Virus record (IMG/VR): IMGVR_UViG_3300032246_001368
Coordinates: 32,001 to 96,000 of that record
Source: a virus
DNA: 64,000 nucleotides
Reading direction: 5' to 3' (one strand)
In this document: positions 40,009-48,705 of the stretch, piece by piece
How positions within the stretch are numbered: the first letter of the stretch is position 1
Layout: each line of letters opens with the position of its first letter
Position numbers and translations under genes: made by a program
The notes under the pieces: model-generated
Databases searched by the model: none
What the model was told of the DNA's origin: nothing
Seen by the model: the letters and a program-made list of their open reading frames with translations, nothing else

Positions 40009-40257
40009 ATGAATCACAGGAATCTTTCTGAGGCTTATAGTTCAATTGTTAAGAGTCAGCATTCTAATGTTTTAGAAAATGGTGATGCCTCTGAAGTAAT
40101 GTTTAAAGATTATTTCAGCGTACCGGGAAGAGCTGAGGCTGCTCTTCAACAGATTAAATGGGGATTTGATTATTATAAAAAGAATTCCAATGCAACTAGC
40201 TTACAAATATTTTTAGATAATCTTGATACATATCTAGCACCTAAAAAAGATCTGTAA
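40009..40257 (+). CDS. Hypothetical protein, possible internal head protein
   Basis: MNHRNLSEAY N-terminus. Confidence 0.5.
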   Translation: MNHRNLSEAYSSIVKSQHSNVLENGDASEVMFKDYFSVPGRAEAALQQIKWGFDYYKKNSNATSLQIFLDNLDTYLAPKKDL

Positions 40258-40258
40258 T

Positions 40259-40507
40259 ATGGCATACATTAAACATTTTGGTGGTCAGGATTATAAAGTC
40301 ATCGACGGATCCAAATCCTATGGACCGTTTGATAAAGTCGAAGCGGAGAACTTTTTAAAAGATCTTGAATTGGAAAATAAACCAGTCTCTCATGAAGACG
40401 GGTTAGAATTTTTTAAAAATCTAAGAAATCAAATTAAAAACCTTCCCCCAAGAGAGGAAGGTTTTAATTTTAAGAATCATTTCTTAGACTCTCAACGTCT
40501 TTCCTAA
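40259..40507 (+). CDS. Hypothetical protein
   Basis: 82-aa coupled ORF. Confidence 0.45.
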   Translation: MAYIKHFGGQDYKVIDGSKSYGPFDKVEAENFLKDLELENKPVSHEDGLEFFKNLRNQIKNLPPREEGFNFKNHFLDSQRLS

Positions 40508-41569
40508 GCTACATACTGTAGCCTTGGTTCCGTGAACCACTATAGGTTCCACGCCTATAACTTCTTCTGTGTAGTTAATTAAGGAGAATCCGTTCTGCCA
40601 ATTGCAACATGGAGCATAGTCCGGATCCATTTTACAAGCACAAGCATTTTCATAGTTAGTATTAAAAATATCTTCTCTATGTCCTGCTGCAGGTATTCTC
40701 TGACAGGTCATGCCCATACGATGTGTATGGTTGGTCATAGTTGAAGTCATCTTCTTTTCCCACTCTCCTCGTGCAGACATAGCACCAATCTTTCTCACAA
40801 CTGTTCCGTGATATACAAGGAAGTTAGTAGGAAGAACTACTTCGTCCACAAGCTTGATTCGGCTCCAGCTTTCCTTAGGAAAGAAAAGATTCTCATAAGA
40901 AAGTTCATCCTTAGCAATCTCTGCTAATTCGCCAAGTTGAGCACTGAGATATCTCCAGAGTCTACCCTCTACAGAATTACCTGAATGGTTCGCATTGGTT
41001 TCATAAATCTCTGATTGGAATGGTTCTGTAACATCATGGAGCATTTTTAAGAACTTGTGATAGGCTTCTCTCTCCTTAATCAAACTCTGCTTATATCTAG
41101 CATCCTTTGGATATTTGCTGACTGCAAACAGGTCCATAGTATCGCCATTAAGAATAACCTGACGAGGCTTAGTCTCTTGTACAGTTTGAAGGAATAGCTC
41201 TAATGTGTTCCAATCCTCTAATCCAAAGTGTATATCACCAATGACAGCTGCTATGTTATTAGGTTCTTGATATACCTTAGACCTGATAGGTGCTGGATAT
41301 ATAATAGGAGCCAATTCTTCAATAGAGAGTTTAGGATTAGAAGCAATAGGATCTAGGGGAACATATACATCTTCATTATCAGATTCTTCTGTAAAGTATT
41401 CGTCAACTGTAGTAGTAACTATACGATGATTTCGACTGGTAACCCAATCAAATATAGTTGACCTAGGAACACCTAACATATTAGATATTTCAGACTTAGA
41501 TTTGCCTTGTTGGAAAAGCTCCTGTGCTAAGGATTTTTTCTGATCGCGTGTGAGAATGTTATTAGACAT
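40484..41569 (-). CDS. Calcineurin-like metallophosphoesterase with N-terminal HTH
   Basis: GDIHFG, LNGDTMD, ANH, YHG, NHTHR motifs; SKSEISNMLGVPRSTIFDWV helix-turn-helix. Confidence 0.85.
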   Translation of the reverse strand: MSNNILTRDQKKSLAQELFQQGKSKSEISNMLGVPRSTIFDWVTSRNHRIVTTTVDEYFTEESDNEDVYVPLDPIASNPKLSIEELAPIIYPAPIRSKVYQEPNNIAAVIGDIHFGLEDWNTLELFLQTVQETKPRQVILNGDTMDLFAVSKYPKDARYKQSLIKEREAYHKFLKMLHDVTEPFQSEIYETNANHSGNSVEGRLWRYLSAQLGELAEIAKDELSYENLFFPKESWSRIKLVDEVVLPTNFLVYHGTVVRKIGAMSARGEWEKKMTSTMTNHTHRMGMTCQRIPAAGHREDIFNTNYENACACKMDPDYAPCCNWQNGFSLINYTEEVIGVEPIVVHGTKATVCSLGKTLRV

Positions 41570-41666
41570 TGTTTTTATATTAACCAAACTTTTCCATATA
41601 TCAAGTATTATTTTTAAAAGCCTCTTTTAGGTTGATCTTTCCCTAATTATTAGATAATATATTCAT

Positions 41667-42296
41667 ATGAAGAATAACTCATCCACACTTACAGAAGCCT
41701 ACTCCTCTATCTATAAAGAGGATATCACCACCGAGACAGGTGCAGAACACACCCAAGAGCTCATCACCCAGCTTCTTGATTATCTCAGCAAGGGTCAGAC
41801 CATTGCATCTTTTCTTTATAAGTCTAAGGGTCTTGGTGAGACCGCTCTTTACAATGTTCATTTGAATGTTGATTATAAGAAGGCCAAGGAAGAAGATTAT
41901 AAGAGGCTTGAAGACTATCAGCCAGAGACAGAGTTGGAGACTCAGGCTAAGGAACATCTTCTTAACCTTTATCGCAATCCTAAGACTCGTACTCAGAAGC
42001 AGATGGATACCTATACCAATTATGGTAAGGGTATTCGTGTTAACAACAATAACGGATTGTTGCATCTCTTCGGTTATAAGATCAACAAGAACACAGTTGC
42101 AGACGGAGTAGAGAAGAAGGATACACGTAAAGTGCTTACCAAGGCTTGTGATGACCTTAAAGCCAAACTCAACTTCATGCATCAGAAGATTCGCGATTTC
42201 ATTCTCGATCCTCAACACATTTCCGGTCTAAAGGCCCAGGGTAATATGATTGAGTTCCAGCAGGATGATGACGGTGCCAGCACCGGAGGAGCTTAA
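41667..42296 (+). CDS. Hypothetical phage protein
   Basis: 209 aa, GC-richer codons; promoter TTGATC-N17-TAATAT. Confidence 0.65.
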   Translation: MKNNSSTLTEAYSSIYKEDITTETGAEHTQELITQLLDYLSKGQTIASFLYKSKGLGETALYNVHLNVDYKKAKEEDYKRLEDYQPETELETQAKEHLLNLYRNPKTRTQKQMDTYTNYGKGIRVNNNNGLLHLFGYKINKNTVADGVEKKDTRKVLTKACDDLKAKLNFMHQKIRDFILDPQHISGLKAQGNMIEFQQDDDGASTGGA

Positions 42297-42304
42297 ATCA
42301 TTTA

Positions 42305-43276
42305 GTGAATTTTAAAGAATTCTTTAAAGAAGCCAAATACCTTCCTTCCAGGGCAGCAGGACGCATATACAAGGCGCCTAAAACCTGGAAGGATGTATTT
42401 TATATTGAAAAGGATACTGCAGAAGAACCTGTAGAGAATTATAAATTTACAGAGAATAAAACAGATAATACTATAGCACGTCTTTTTGGTTATATAAAGA
42501 AAGGTAATGTGCACGCGGCTAGCGTCTTTGATCCTCTCACAAAGACTACATCTGATTTAAAATTATTCCTCTTCCATTTATCTAAATCGAGAAGAGACTT
42601 AGAAAGAAAATCGAATGATCCTATCACATTAAGACTGAGAAGGGAATATTATGATTCGGTTGTAAACAATACATCTTCTATAGTAAACAATTTATTGATA
42701 GATGATCCCGATGCAACTGTTTTATATATACATTCTAAATCACCCTTCAATCAAGAAGTCAAAGACAAAGTAGGTACAACTAATAAACATTTAATATCTA
42801 AAAACACTTTAGGAGATCTTGTAGAAAGATATAAGAAAGATCCTTATTGCGTTGATAAATTAGTTTCTTCTAAGAATACATCAGTCGCTAGAAAGAATAT
42901 AGCCAAAGATGCTTTAATAAAGCTTTTAGATCTGGTTAAGGATAATGAACAATTAAAAGAAGAACCCCTTTCTGTAGAAAGATTATCAAAGCTCATTACG
43001 AATAATCATCTTATAGATTTAAATAAAGTATCTCCAGGAGACAAACAATTCGCCTCTCATTCAAATTATCTTCAAGTAGCATTTGTTCCTGAAGGGTTTT
43101 TTAATTTTAATGATATAACAATAGAAAATAAATCTGTTATAGTTGTAGATGATAATATTAATACCAAAGCAACCTACGATGAAATTAATCAAAAGATTTT
43201 AGAAAAATACGGACATAAAAACATTGCATGGGTCGTTGGAGTTATTCCGAATGAAGTATTACAAAGTATAAAATAA
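42305..43276 (+). CDS. Phosphoribosyltransferase-fold protein, possible internal head protein
   Basis: C-terminal VIVVDDNINTKAT resembles the type I PRTase PRPP loop; N-terminus MNFKEFFKEA. Confidence 0.5.
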   Translation: MNFKEFFKEAKYLPSRAAGRIYKAPKTWKDVFYIEKDTAEEPVENYKFTENKTDNTIARLFGYIKKGNVHAASVFDPLTKTTSDLKLFLFHLSKSRRDLERKSNDPITLRLRREYYDSVVNNTSSIVNNLLIDDPDATVLYIHSKSPFNQEVKDKVGTTNKHLISKNTLGDLVERYKKDPYCVDKLVSSKNTSVARKNIAKDALIKLLDLVKDNEQLKEEPLSVERLSKLITNNHLIDLNKVSPGDKQFASHSNYLQVAFVPEGFFNFNDITIENKSVIVVDDNINTKATYDEINQKILEKYGHKNIAWVVGVIPNEVLQSIK

Positions 43277-43277
43277 T

Positions 43278-43877
43278 ATGAAATTTAAAGAATTCTTAAA
43301 AGAAGCCAGAGCAGTCACTCCGGACATCAGAGATCATAATTTAGTTATTCTCTATGGATTACCTGCATCTGGTAAGTCAGCCGTACTTAAATTTGGTTTA
43401 ATTAATCTCCCCAACATTCAGGTATTAACATCTGATAAATGGACAGAGTTATTAGGTCGCAAGGAAAGAAAAGACCTGTCAAACCCAGAACACACGAGTG
43501 AGTTACATCATAAAGTATCTCCTAAGTTTGATGCACATAGATACAATGCTACTCATGTACGTAACAGATCTAATATAGTAATAGAAAGCATTGGAAGGAA
43601 TTATCAAAAGCTTTTAAATCTTATAACGAAATCTCAAGCTGATGGATTTAGAATTGTTTTGGTCTGGGTTAAAGTAGATTTAGAAACATCCATCAAAGCC
43701 AACAAAGTTCGCAACAGAATGGTACCTGCGGAGGCTATAGAAGTTTCTTATAAGAATACAAAACAACACTTTAAACAATTGGTTGATAAAGTAGAAGAAG
43801 CCTGGATTATAGATAATACAACACACCCCGACTTTAATGATTTTAGAAGTTCAAATTACATTTCACGAATAAAATGA
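43278..43877 (+). CDS. P-loop kinase (zeta-toxin/AAA_33-like), possible internal head protein
   Basis: Walker A GLPASGKS; NIVIES; LVWVKVDLETSIKANKVRNRMVP; N-terminus MKFKEFLKEA. Confidence 0.75.
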   Translation: MKFKEFLKEARAVTPDIRDHNLVILYGLPASGKSAVLKFGLINLPNIQVLTSDKWTELLGRKERKDLSNPEHTSELHHKVSPKFDAHRYNATHVRNRSNIVIESIGRNYQKLLNLITKSQADGFRIVLVWVKVDLETSIKANKVRNRMVPAEAIEVSYKNTKQHFKQLVDKVEEAWIIDNTTHPDFNDFRSSNYISRIK

Positions 43878-44062
43878 GAGACCAAGAAGTAACTAAAGAA
43901 GAATTGATTTTAATATTAAATGAATTAAAAGCATTTGAAGGCAGCTTACAAGAATTAATATCTCATAAAGATACTAGCAATCTTATGAGAGAATGGATTG
44001 TAGCATGGGGACCATTCTGTGAATACTCTAATGATATAACAGAATATTACCCCACCTTGTAA
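43874..44062 (+). CDS. Small hypothetical protein
   Basis: Overlapping ATGA coupling. Confidence 0.4.
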   Translation: MRDQEVTKEELILILNELKAFEGSLQELISHKDTSNLMREWIVAWGPFCEYSNDITEYYPTL

Positions 44063-44140
44063 AAATCTAAAGGAAAGATAGTGGTTATTAAGTAATTACT
44101 AATAAGTAATGATAAGGTTATTAGTTTAACCTTGCAAGGT

Positions 44141-44962
44141 ATGGCATATACGACTACTCAACTCACCACTATAGAAGCAGAATTAAGGGCTAACTCTAAA
44201 GTATCTCCATATGTTTTGTTAACTCCTACTGGTGGAGTGAGTGTTCTAACACAAGGTTGGTTAAATTCTCTCAGTGCCAATATAACTCCTACTAGTGTAA
44301 CCTCACAATTTTACCCTTCAGTTATTCTAGGATCGTCGTTTACGTATATAGCCCCTACAACTACGACTACTACTACTACTTCCACCACACCGACTACTAC
44401 TACCTCCACATCTACATCTACAGATACAACAACCACAGCAGTCACTACCACTTCATCGATAGATGGAGGATCGCCTATTGATGGTCAGCTTTTACCATCT
44501 GGTTCAGGTTTATTTGGTTGGTTATCTTATATTTACGAAAAACTTACAGGGACCATTAATGTAAGTGTTGAGAATAATCCGATAGTAGAAGTAGATTCCG
44601 GTTCTCCAGTTACCACAGAATCATTACCCTCAGGGTCAGGAGTAATCGGTTGGTTGTCATATCTTTATTCAAAAACAGCTACTGAAGCAAAAGCCACCAC
44701 AGCAGTCATATCCAGGTTCAATGCAGTGGTAAGCACACAGATTTGTGCACAAAGTGATACAAGGGTTTCTTTAGTAGTATATAATATAGGACCAGCCAAT
44801 CTTTATATATCCCAAGGTGATACTGCTTGTAGCTTAACAAATTTTACATATTGTTTATTGGCAGGAGGTACCTTTTCTGCAGAGCCTCGTGAAGTGGGAT
44901 TAGAATATAGAGCGTTCTTCCCTACAGGCGGAAGCTACGCTCAAATTACAATAGGAACTTAA
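44141..44962 (+). CDS. Putative virion decoration protein with poly-Thr linker and internal duplication
   Basis: Thr run; LPSGSGLFGWLSYIYEK and LPSGSGVIGWLSYLYSK duplicates. Confidence 0.6.
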   Translation: MAYTTTQLTTIEAELRANSKVSPYVLLTPTGGVSVLTQGWLNSLSANITPTSVTSQFYPSVILGSSFTYIAPTTTTTTTTSTTPTTTTSTSTSTDTTTTAVTTTSSIDGGSPIDGQLLPSGSGLFGWLSYIYEKLTGTINVSVENNPIVEVDSGSPVTTESLPSGSGVIGWLSYLYSKTATEAKATTAVISRFNAVVSTQICAQSDTRVSLVVYNIGPANLYISQGDTACSLTNFTYCLLAGGTFSAEPREVGLEYRAFFPTGGSYAQITIGT

Positions 44963-44964
44963 TC

Positions 44965-45204
44965 ATGATATCCCAACCAGCAGCAACTTATAGTACAGTA
45001 GTAACATCTAATTTTGTTACAGTTAATAATGCCTACAACGGTTTTAGCATACCGGCATTTGATGCCAAGATATTAGGTCTTAGTTTAACCAACAACATTA
45101 CAAGTGTAACATTTAAAACTGGAGGTCTTACAGGAACTACAGTAGCTCAATTAGTTTATACTTTCGATGCGAATAGTAATATAACATCTGTAGTAAGGTA
45201 CTAA
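44965..45204 (+). CDS. Small virion-type protein
   Basis: ITSVTFKTGGLTGTTVAQLVYTFDANSNITSV pattern of phage fibre-associated peptides. Confidence 0.5.
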   Translation: MISQPAATYSTVVTSNFVTVNNAYNGFSIPAFDAKILGLSLTNNITSVTFKTGGLTGTTVAQLVYTFDANSNITSVVRY

Positions 45205-45213
45205 ATAATATAT

Positions 45214-46917
45214 ATGGCAAACATCAAAGCAATAGCAAATGGCAATTGGTCAGCCACATCTACATGGTCAAATTCAACTATACCTGGAGCAGGTGATGTG
45301 GTTTATTCCAACAACTTTGCCATAGTAATCGATGTCGATGCAACTGCAGATACTATTAGAAACGATGCAGCAAGTGTAACATTTAACAACGGAGATACGT
45401 CTTGTGTTGGTGGGGGTGTTTATACTTTAAACACTGGTAAAAATTTAACCGCTAATTTATACTGTGCTAATATAGGAACCGGTGTAGGGCTCAATAAAGG
45501 AATGGTTCTGACATCTGGCACAGGCAATTCTATCATCACTGGTAATTTATCAACAGCTAATGCCAATCTAAATCTAAGATGTCTGTATATTGAAACTAAT
45601 TGCACTATACGAGTTATTGGAAATGTAACATCCAATCCAAACACCAGCTCAGGCAATACATATTCCTGTATTTTTCTTTCTGGCGGAGGCAATTTATATA
45701 TAGGAGTTTCTGGAACACCAACAACAATTACAGCTGGTGGATATTCCACTTGTTATGGTATACAAATGACCAATGCGATGGGAACACTTAACATCGTTGG
45801 AAATATATATGCAAATTCAGCAGGAGCCGCGGGTATATATGATCCAAGTTACGCTGTAAATTTTGTTCTTACTGGCAATATATATGCAGTAGGTAGTGCA
45901 TACGGGGCGCAACTAAATAGTGCAGCCACAGCTGTTATAACCGGTAATATATATAATTCCGGTAATCTGTATGGTTTTTATGGATGTTCTTATATAAAAT
46001 TAACGGGTGATATAGTATTAACCGGTACAGGTGTTGGAGTGTATATAAATGGTAGTAATACAATCCCCAACGAGATAACTGGTAATATTAGTATAGCGGT
46101 CGGAGGGCAATCCGGTTTTTGGAATAATGGTTCTACGCCCACAATTTTTACCGGAACCATAACCAATTATGGTACGGTATATGGGTTATTTAATAATACG
46201 GGAGCTCTTACGGTCAATATACCCGGTTCCAGTCCGACCACCTATGACGGAACCGCACAATCATTTGGCACTGCAACCAATGCAAGTGTGTTGGGATTGG
46301 GCCCTGGTACATTGACATTTAATGGCAATATTGCAGGTGGTGGAGTTGCAAATAATTCATATGGAATACATACATTATCTAATACTCCTATGACCATTAA
46401 CGGGAATGTATCTGCGGCTGGTTCCGCTGGAATATATTGCAATGCTAATCCAGCATACATTACAGTAACTGGTAATGTATGGGGCGGAACTGCAACAAAT
46501 GCTCACGGATTGCGTATGGACGGCACTCCCACAGCAATTACCATTAATGGAAGCGTGTCAGGCGGAAATGTTAATGGAGCATTGGCTCATGGAGTTTATG
46601 TTGCTGGCACTACTACGAATATTGTAGTATATGGAAATATATCTGGTGGCCTTGGTGGTAATGGTATTAATAATCCTACAAGTACAGCTACCCATGAATT
46701 CAGAGGAAGCTACTTCTCATCTGGTCCTACAGGCTTTGCAGCCTTCTGTGTTCCTAAATTTATAACATCGTCAACCCCTCCCTTGGCTAATAATCGATTT
46801 GCTGTAAACGGAAACTTCTCAGCACCTACCTACGTAGATTACTATACAACAGATAATCCAAATGTGGGTGCAACATCAATTACTCAGGTAACCCCGAAAT
46901 ATGTAATATCTATTTGA
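45214..46917 (+). CDS. Beta-helix adhesin/tail-spike-like protein
   Basis: ANGNWSATSTW N-terminus and repeated ITGNI/GNV turns; TAAATA at 45202. Confidence 0.65.
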   Translation: MANIKAIANGNWSATSTWSNSTIPGAGDVVYSNNFAIVIDVDATADTIRNDAASVTFNNGDTSCVGGGVYTLNTGKNLTANLYCANIGTGVGLNKGMVLTSGTGNSIITGNLSTANANLNLRCLYIETNCTIRVIGNVTSNPNTSSGNTYSCIFLSGGGNLYIGVSGTPTTITAGGYSTCYGIQMTNAMGTLNIVGNIYANSAGAAGIYDPSYAVNFVLTGNIYAVGSAYGAQLNSAATAVITGNIYNSGNLYGFYGCSYIKLTGDIVLTGTGVGVYINGSNTIPNEITGNISIAVGGQSGFWNNGSTPTIFTGTITNYGTVYGLFNNTGALTVNIPGSSPTTYDGTAQSFGTATNASVLGLGPGTLTFNGNIAGGGVANNSYGIHTLSNTPMTINGNVSAAGSAGIYCNANPAYITVTGNVWGGTATNAHGLRMDGTPTAITINGSVSGGNVNGALAHGVYVAGTTTNIVVYGNISGGLGGNGINNPTSTATHEFRGSYFSSGPTGFAAFCVPKFITSSTPPLANNRFAVNGNFSAPTYVDYYTTDNPNVGATSITQVTPKYVISI

Positions 46918-46947
46918 TTTATCATACTGGTATATTATTATATATTA

Positions 46948-47205
46948 ATGACAATAGAAGAAGAGAATCAATATTACAAAACATTAATACAAGAAGTATC
47001 AGACGCTATGGACCGGAATGCTTTGATCTTGTATAAGTGGGAAAAGGTTGCGGAGAAATTAGTTAACCACTTAGAACCTTATCTTAAGTGGCCTGAGGAT
47101 AAAGAAATGCTTGAAGTATATTCTACGCTTAAAGATTACCACTCTTTAAAGAATGAGATAAGAACAAATAAATCTAAAAGCTCGTTGACATATCCCGAAA
47201 AATAA
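46948..47205 (+). CDS. Hypothetical protein
   Basis: 85 aa, own early promoter. Confidence 0.5.
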   Translation: MTIEEENQYYKTLIQEVSDAMDRNALILYKWEKVAEKLVNHLEPYLKWPEDKEMLEVYSTLKDYHSLKNEIRTNKSKSSLTYPEK

Positions 47206-47218
47206 TATACTATAAATA
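47185..47218 (+). promoter_or_regulatory. Sigma70-type promoter overlapped by a T4-type late promoter, driving a non-coding transcript
   Basis: TTGACA-17 nt-TACTAT (47185-47213) and TATAAATA (47211-47218); no start codon follows. Confidence 0.75.
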
Positions 47219-47255
47219 AATAAGAATTGATCTTTGATAGTACATTTTAAAAATT

Positions 47256-47870
47256 TGACCGTTCGCAGGCTCGATCGAAAGAGCTACCGTACGTGTGCGT
47301 GACTAGGTTGCTCTGAAAGGCCTTCATCAACCGGTGCACAAGGATGGATTAACCACCCCGGTCATAATAATTTGATTACTGCGTACAGTCCTCGGTAGTA
47401 GCAATACTAGTCCGAAGCCGCGGGTAAGGGCGAAAGCCTTAGACTTCCTAGCTCCGATAGGCCAGTAATCATTAAATTAATACTCTCTAGTTTTAGGAAT
47501 TATTCTAGAGAGGGGTAAGGACGAGTTGCTTGTTGGTATGTTAGTAGTCCTTATTCAAGTTAGGGGAGCCAAAAACCTATGGTAAGCTTTGATCCTAGCA
47601 TATTGATTAAACACAAGCTGGACGGTTAGTATAGGCTCCACGCCCGAACGTCGTTAAGGAAAGAACAAAATCCGGAATAAAATCTTTCAATACCAATAAT
47701 TTCTTTAGTAATGCTACCATCGCACGTCTCAAGTCGTGTATAAGTCGGGTCGGACCGTAAAAATGCAGAGAGAATAAAGAGAAAAAGCAGCGCCCTGTGT
47801 AGGTTGCAAACTACCGAATGAGTTGGAGTAACCCCTCCCACCATGTAGTCCTCGACGGAGGAGCAGGGAC
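47256..47870 (+). ncRNA. Candidate large structured ncRNA (or cluster of 2-3 ncRNAs)
   Basis: No credible ORF, GC-richer than flanks; closing helices TGACCG/CGGTCA, TGATTACTG/CAGTAATCA, CCCTG/CAGGG; GCAA/GAAA tetraloops; crossing long-range pairings. Confidence 0.75.
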
Positions 47871-47914
47871 ATTTTCTTATTGAATTTCCAACAACAACAT
47901 AATATAATATATAC

Positions 47915-48313
47915 ATGATTAGCACCACAATACCTTACGAATACAATGACGGCGGATTTAAAGACTCAGGCATTCAGGATACTAACAATTGTACTATCGT
48001 AGCGTTTGCTATTGTTACGGGTATGGAATATAGTACAGCAGACCAAATTGGCGTTAAGACCAAGAGAGTTCGTCGTCGAGGCCATTGGCCAGAGAAGATG
48101 GTGAACTATTCTAAAAGGGTATATGGTCTTAGATTTAGGAAGTTTAAATTTGCTTCTATAACCTTACAGAAGTTCCTTAAGAAGTATCCCACCGGAAGGT
48201 ATTATGTTGCTAATAAGGATCATTGCTTTGCTATCATTGATGGTGTGGTTCAAGACCATGCTATGCTGGTCAGACCCTTCCAGATTATCAAGAACGCCTG
48301 GCAGATAATTTAA
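47915..48313 (+). CDS. Papain-like (C39-related) Cys-His-Asp phage protein
   Basis: NNCTIVAFAIVTGMEY ... DHCFAIIDGVVQD. Confidence 0.5.
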   Translation: MISTTIPYEYNDGGFKDSGIQDTNNCTIVAFAIVTGMEYSTADQIGVKTKRVRRRGHWPEKMVNYSKRVYGLRFRKFKFASITLQKFLKKYPTGRYYVANKDHCFAIIDGVVQDHAMLVRPFQIIKNAWQII

Positions 48314-48314
48314 T

Positions 48315-48674
48315 ATGAGCCAGAATCTTAAATTATATTTTGTTAGGTTTATACCTAAGAAGGGTGGAGTAGGAGAATTCTATAAATTTGGATACACACA
48401 TCATTTTGACTTTATGAAGAGATTCCAAGAGGACAAATATAAAGATTGGTATATTAGTCCTATGACATCTGCATATGGTCCTGAGGATGAAGTATTAAAA
48501 GCTGAAAAAGAACTACTTAAAAAATATCCTAAGAACATTTACATTCAAGAAAAGATTAGCGGTGTGACAGAAATCTTTGTACCCAAAGACCAAAGAGAGA
48601 TTCAAAACATATTTGCATATTTCAGTGCAAAAAGAAATGAGTGGTATGAAAAAAGAAAAGCAGATATTACTTGA
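48315..48674 (+). CDS. GIY-YIG/T5orf172-like protein
   Basis: LYFVRF...FYKFGYT...KRF...AEKEL...GVTEIF pattern. Confidence 0.45.
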   Translation: MSQNLKLYFVRFIPKKGGVGEFYKFGYTHHFDFMKRFQEDKYKDWYISPMTSAYGPEDEVLKAEKELLKKYPKNIYIQEKISGVTEIFVPKDQREIQNIFAYFSAKRNEWYEKRKADIT

Positions 48675-48705
48675 TTTCCTATAACAATTTACATATTATA
48701 TATAC

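Noticed and set aside
47256-47870. tmRNA, RNase P RNA, SRP RNA or group I/II intron
   Set aside because: I found no T-loop/acceptor ends or tag ending in AA-stop, no GAGGAAAGUCC or ACAGAA..CGGCUUA, no GGAA-loop SRP helix, no group I R/S boxes and no group II domain V; no gene is interrupted. Only an Rfam scan can exclude these fully.
47626-47928. 100-aa minus-strand ORF as the explanation of the non-coding locus
   Set aside because: It is antisense to a promoter-driven structured region, overlaps the next promoter and start codon, and has no recognisable motif.
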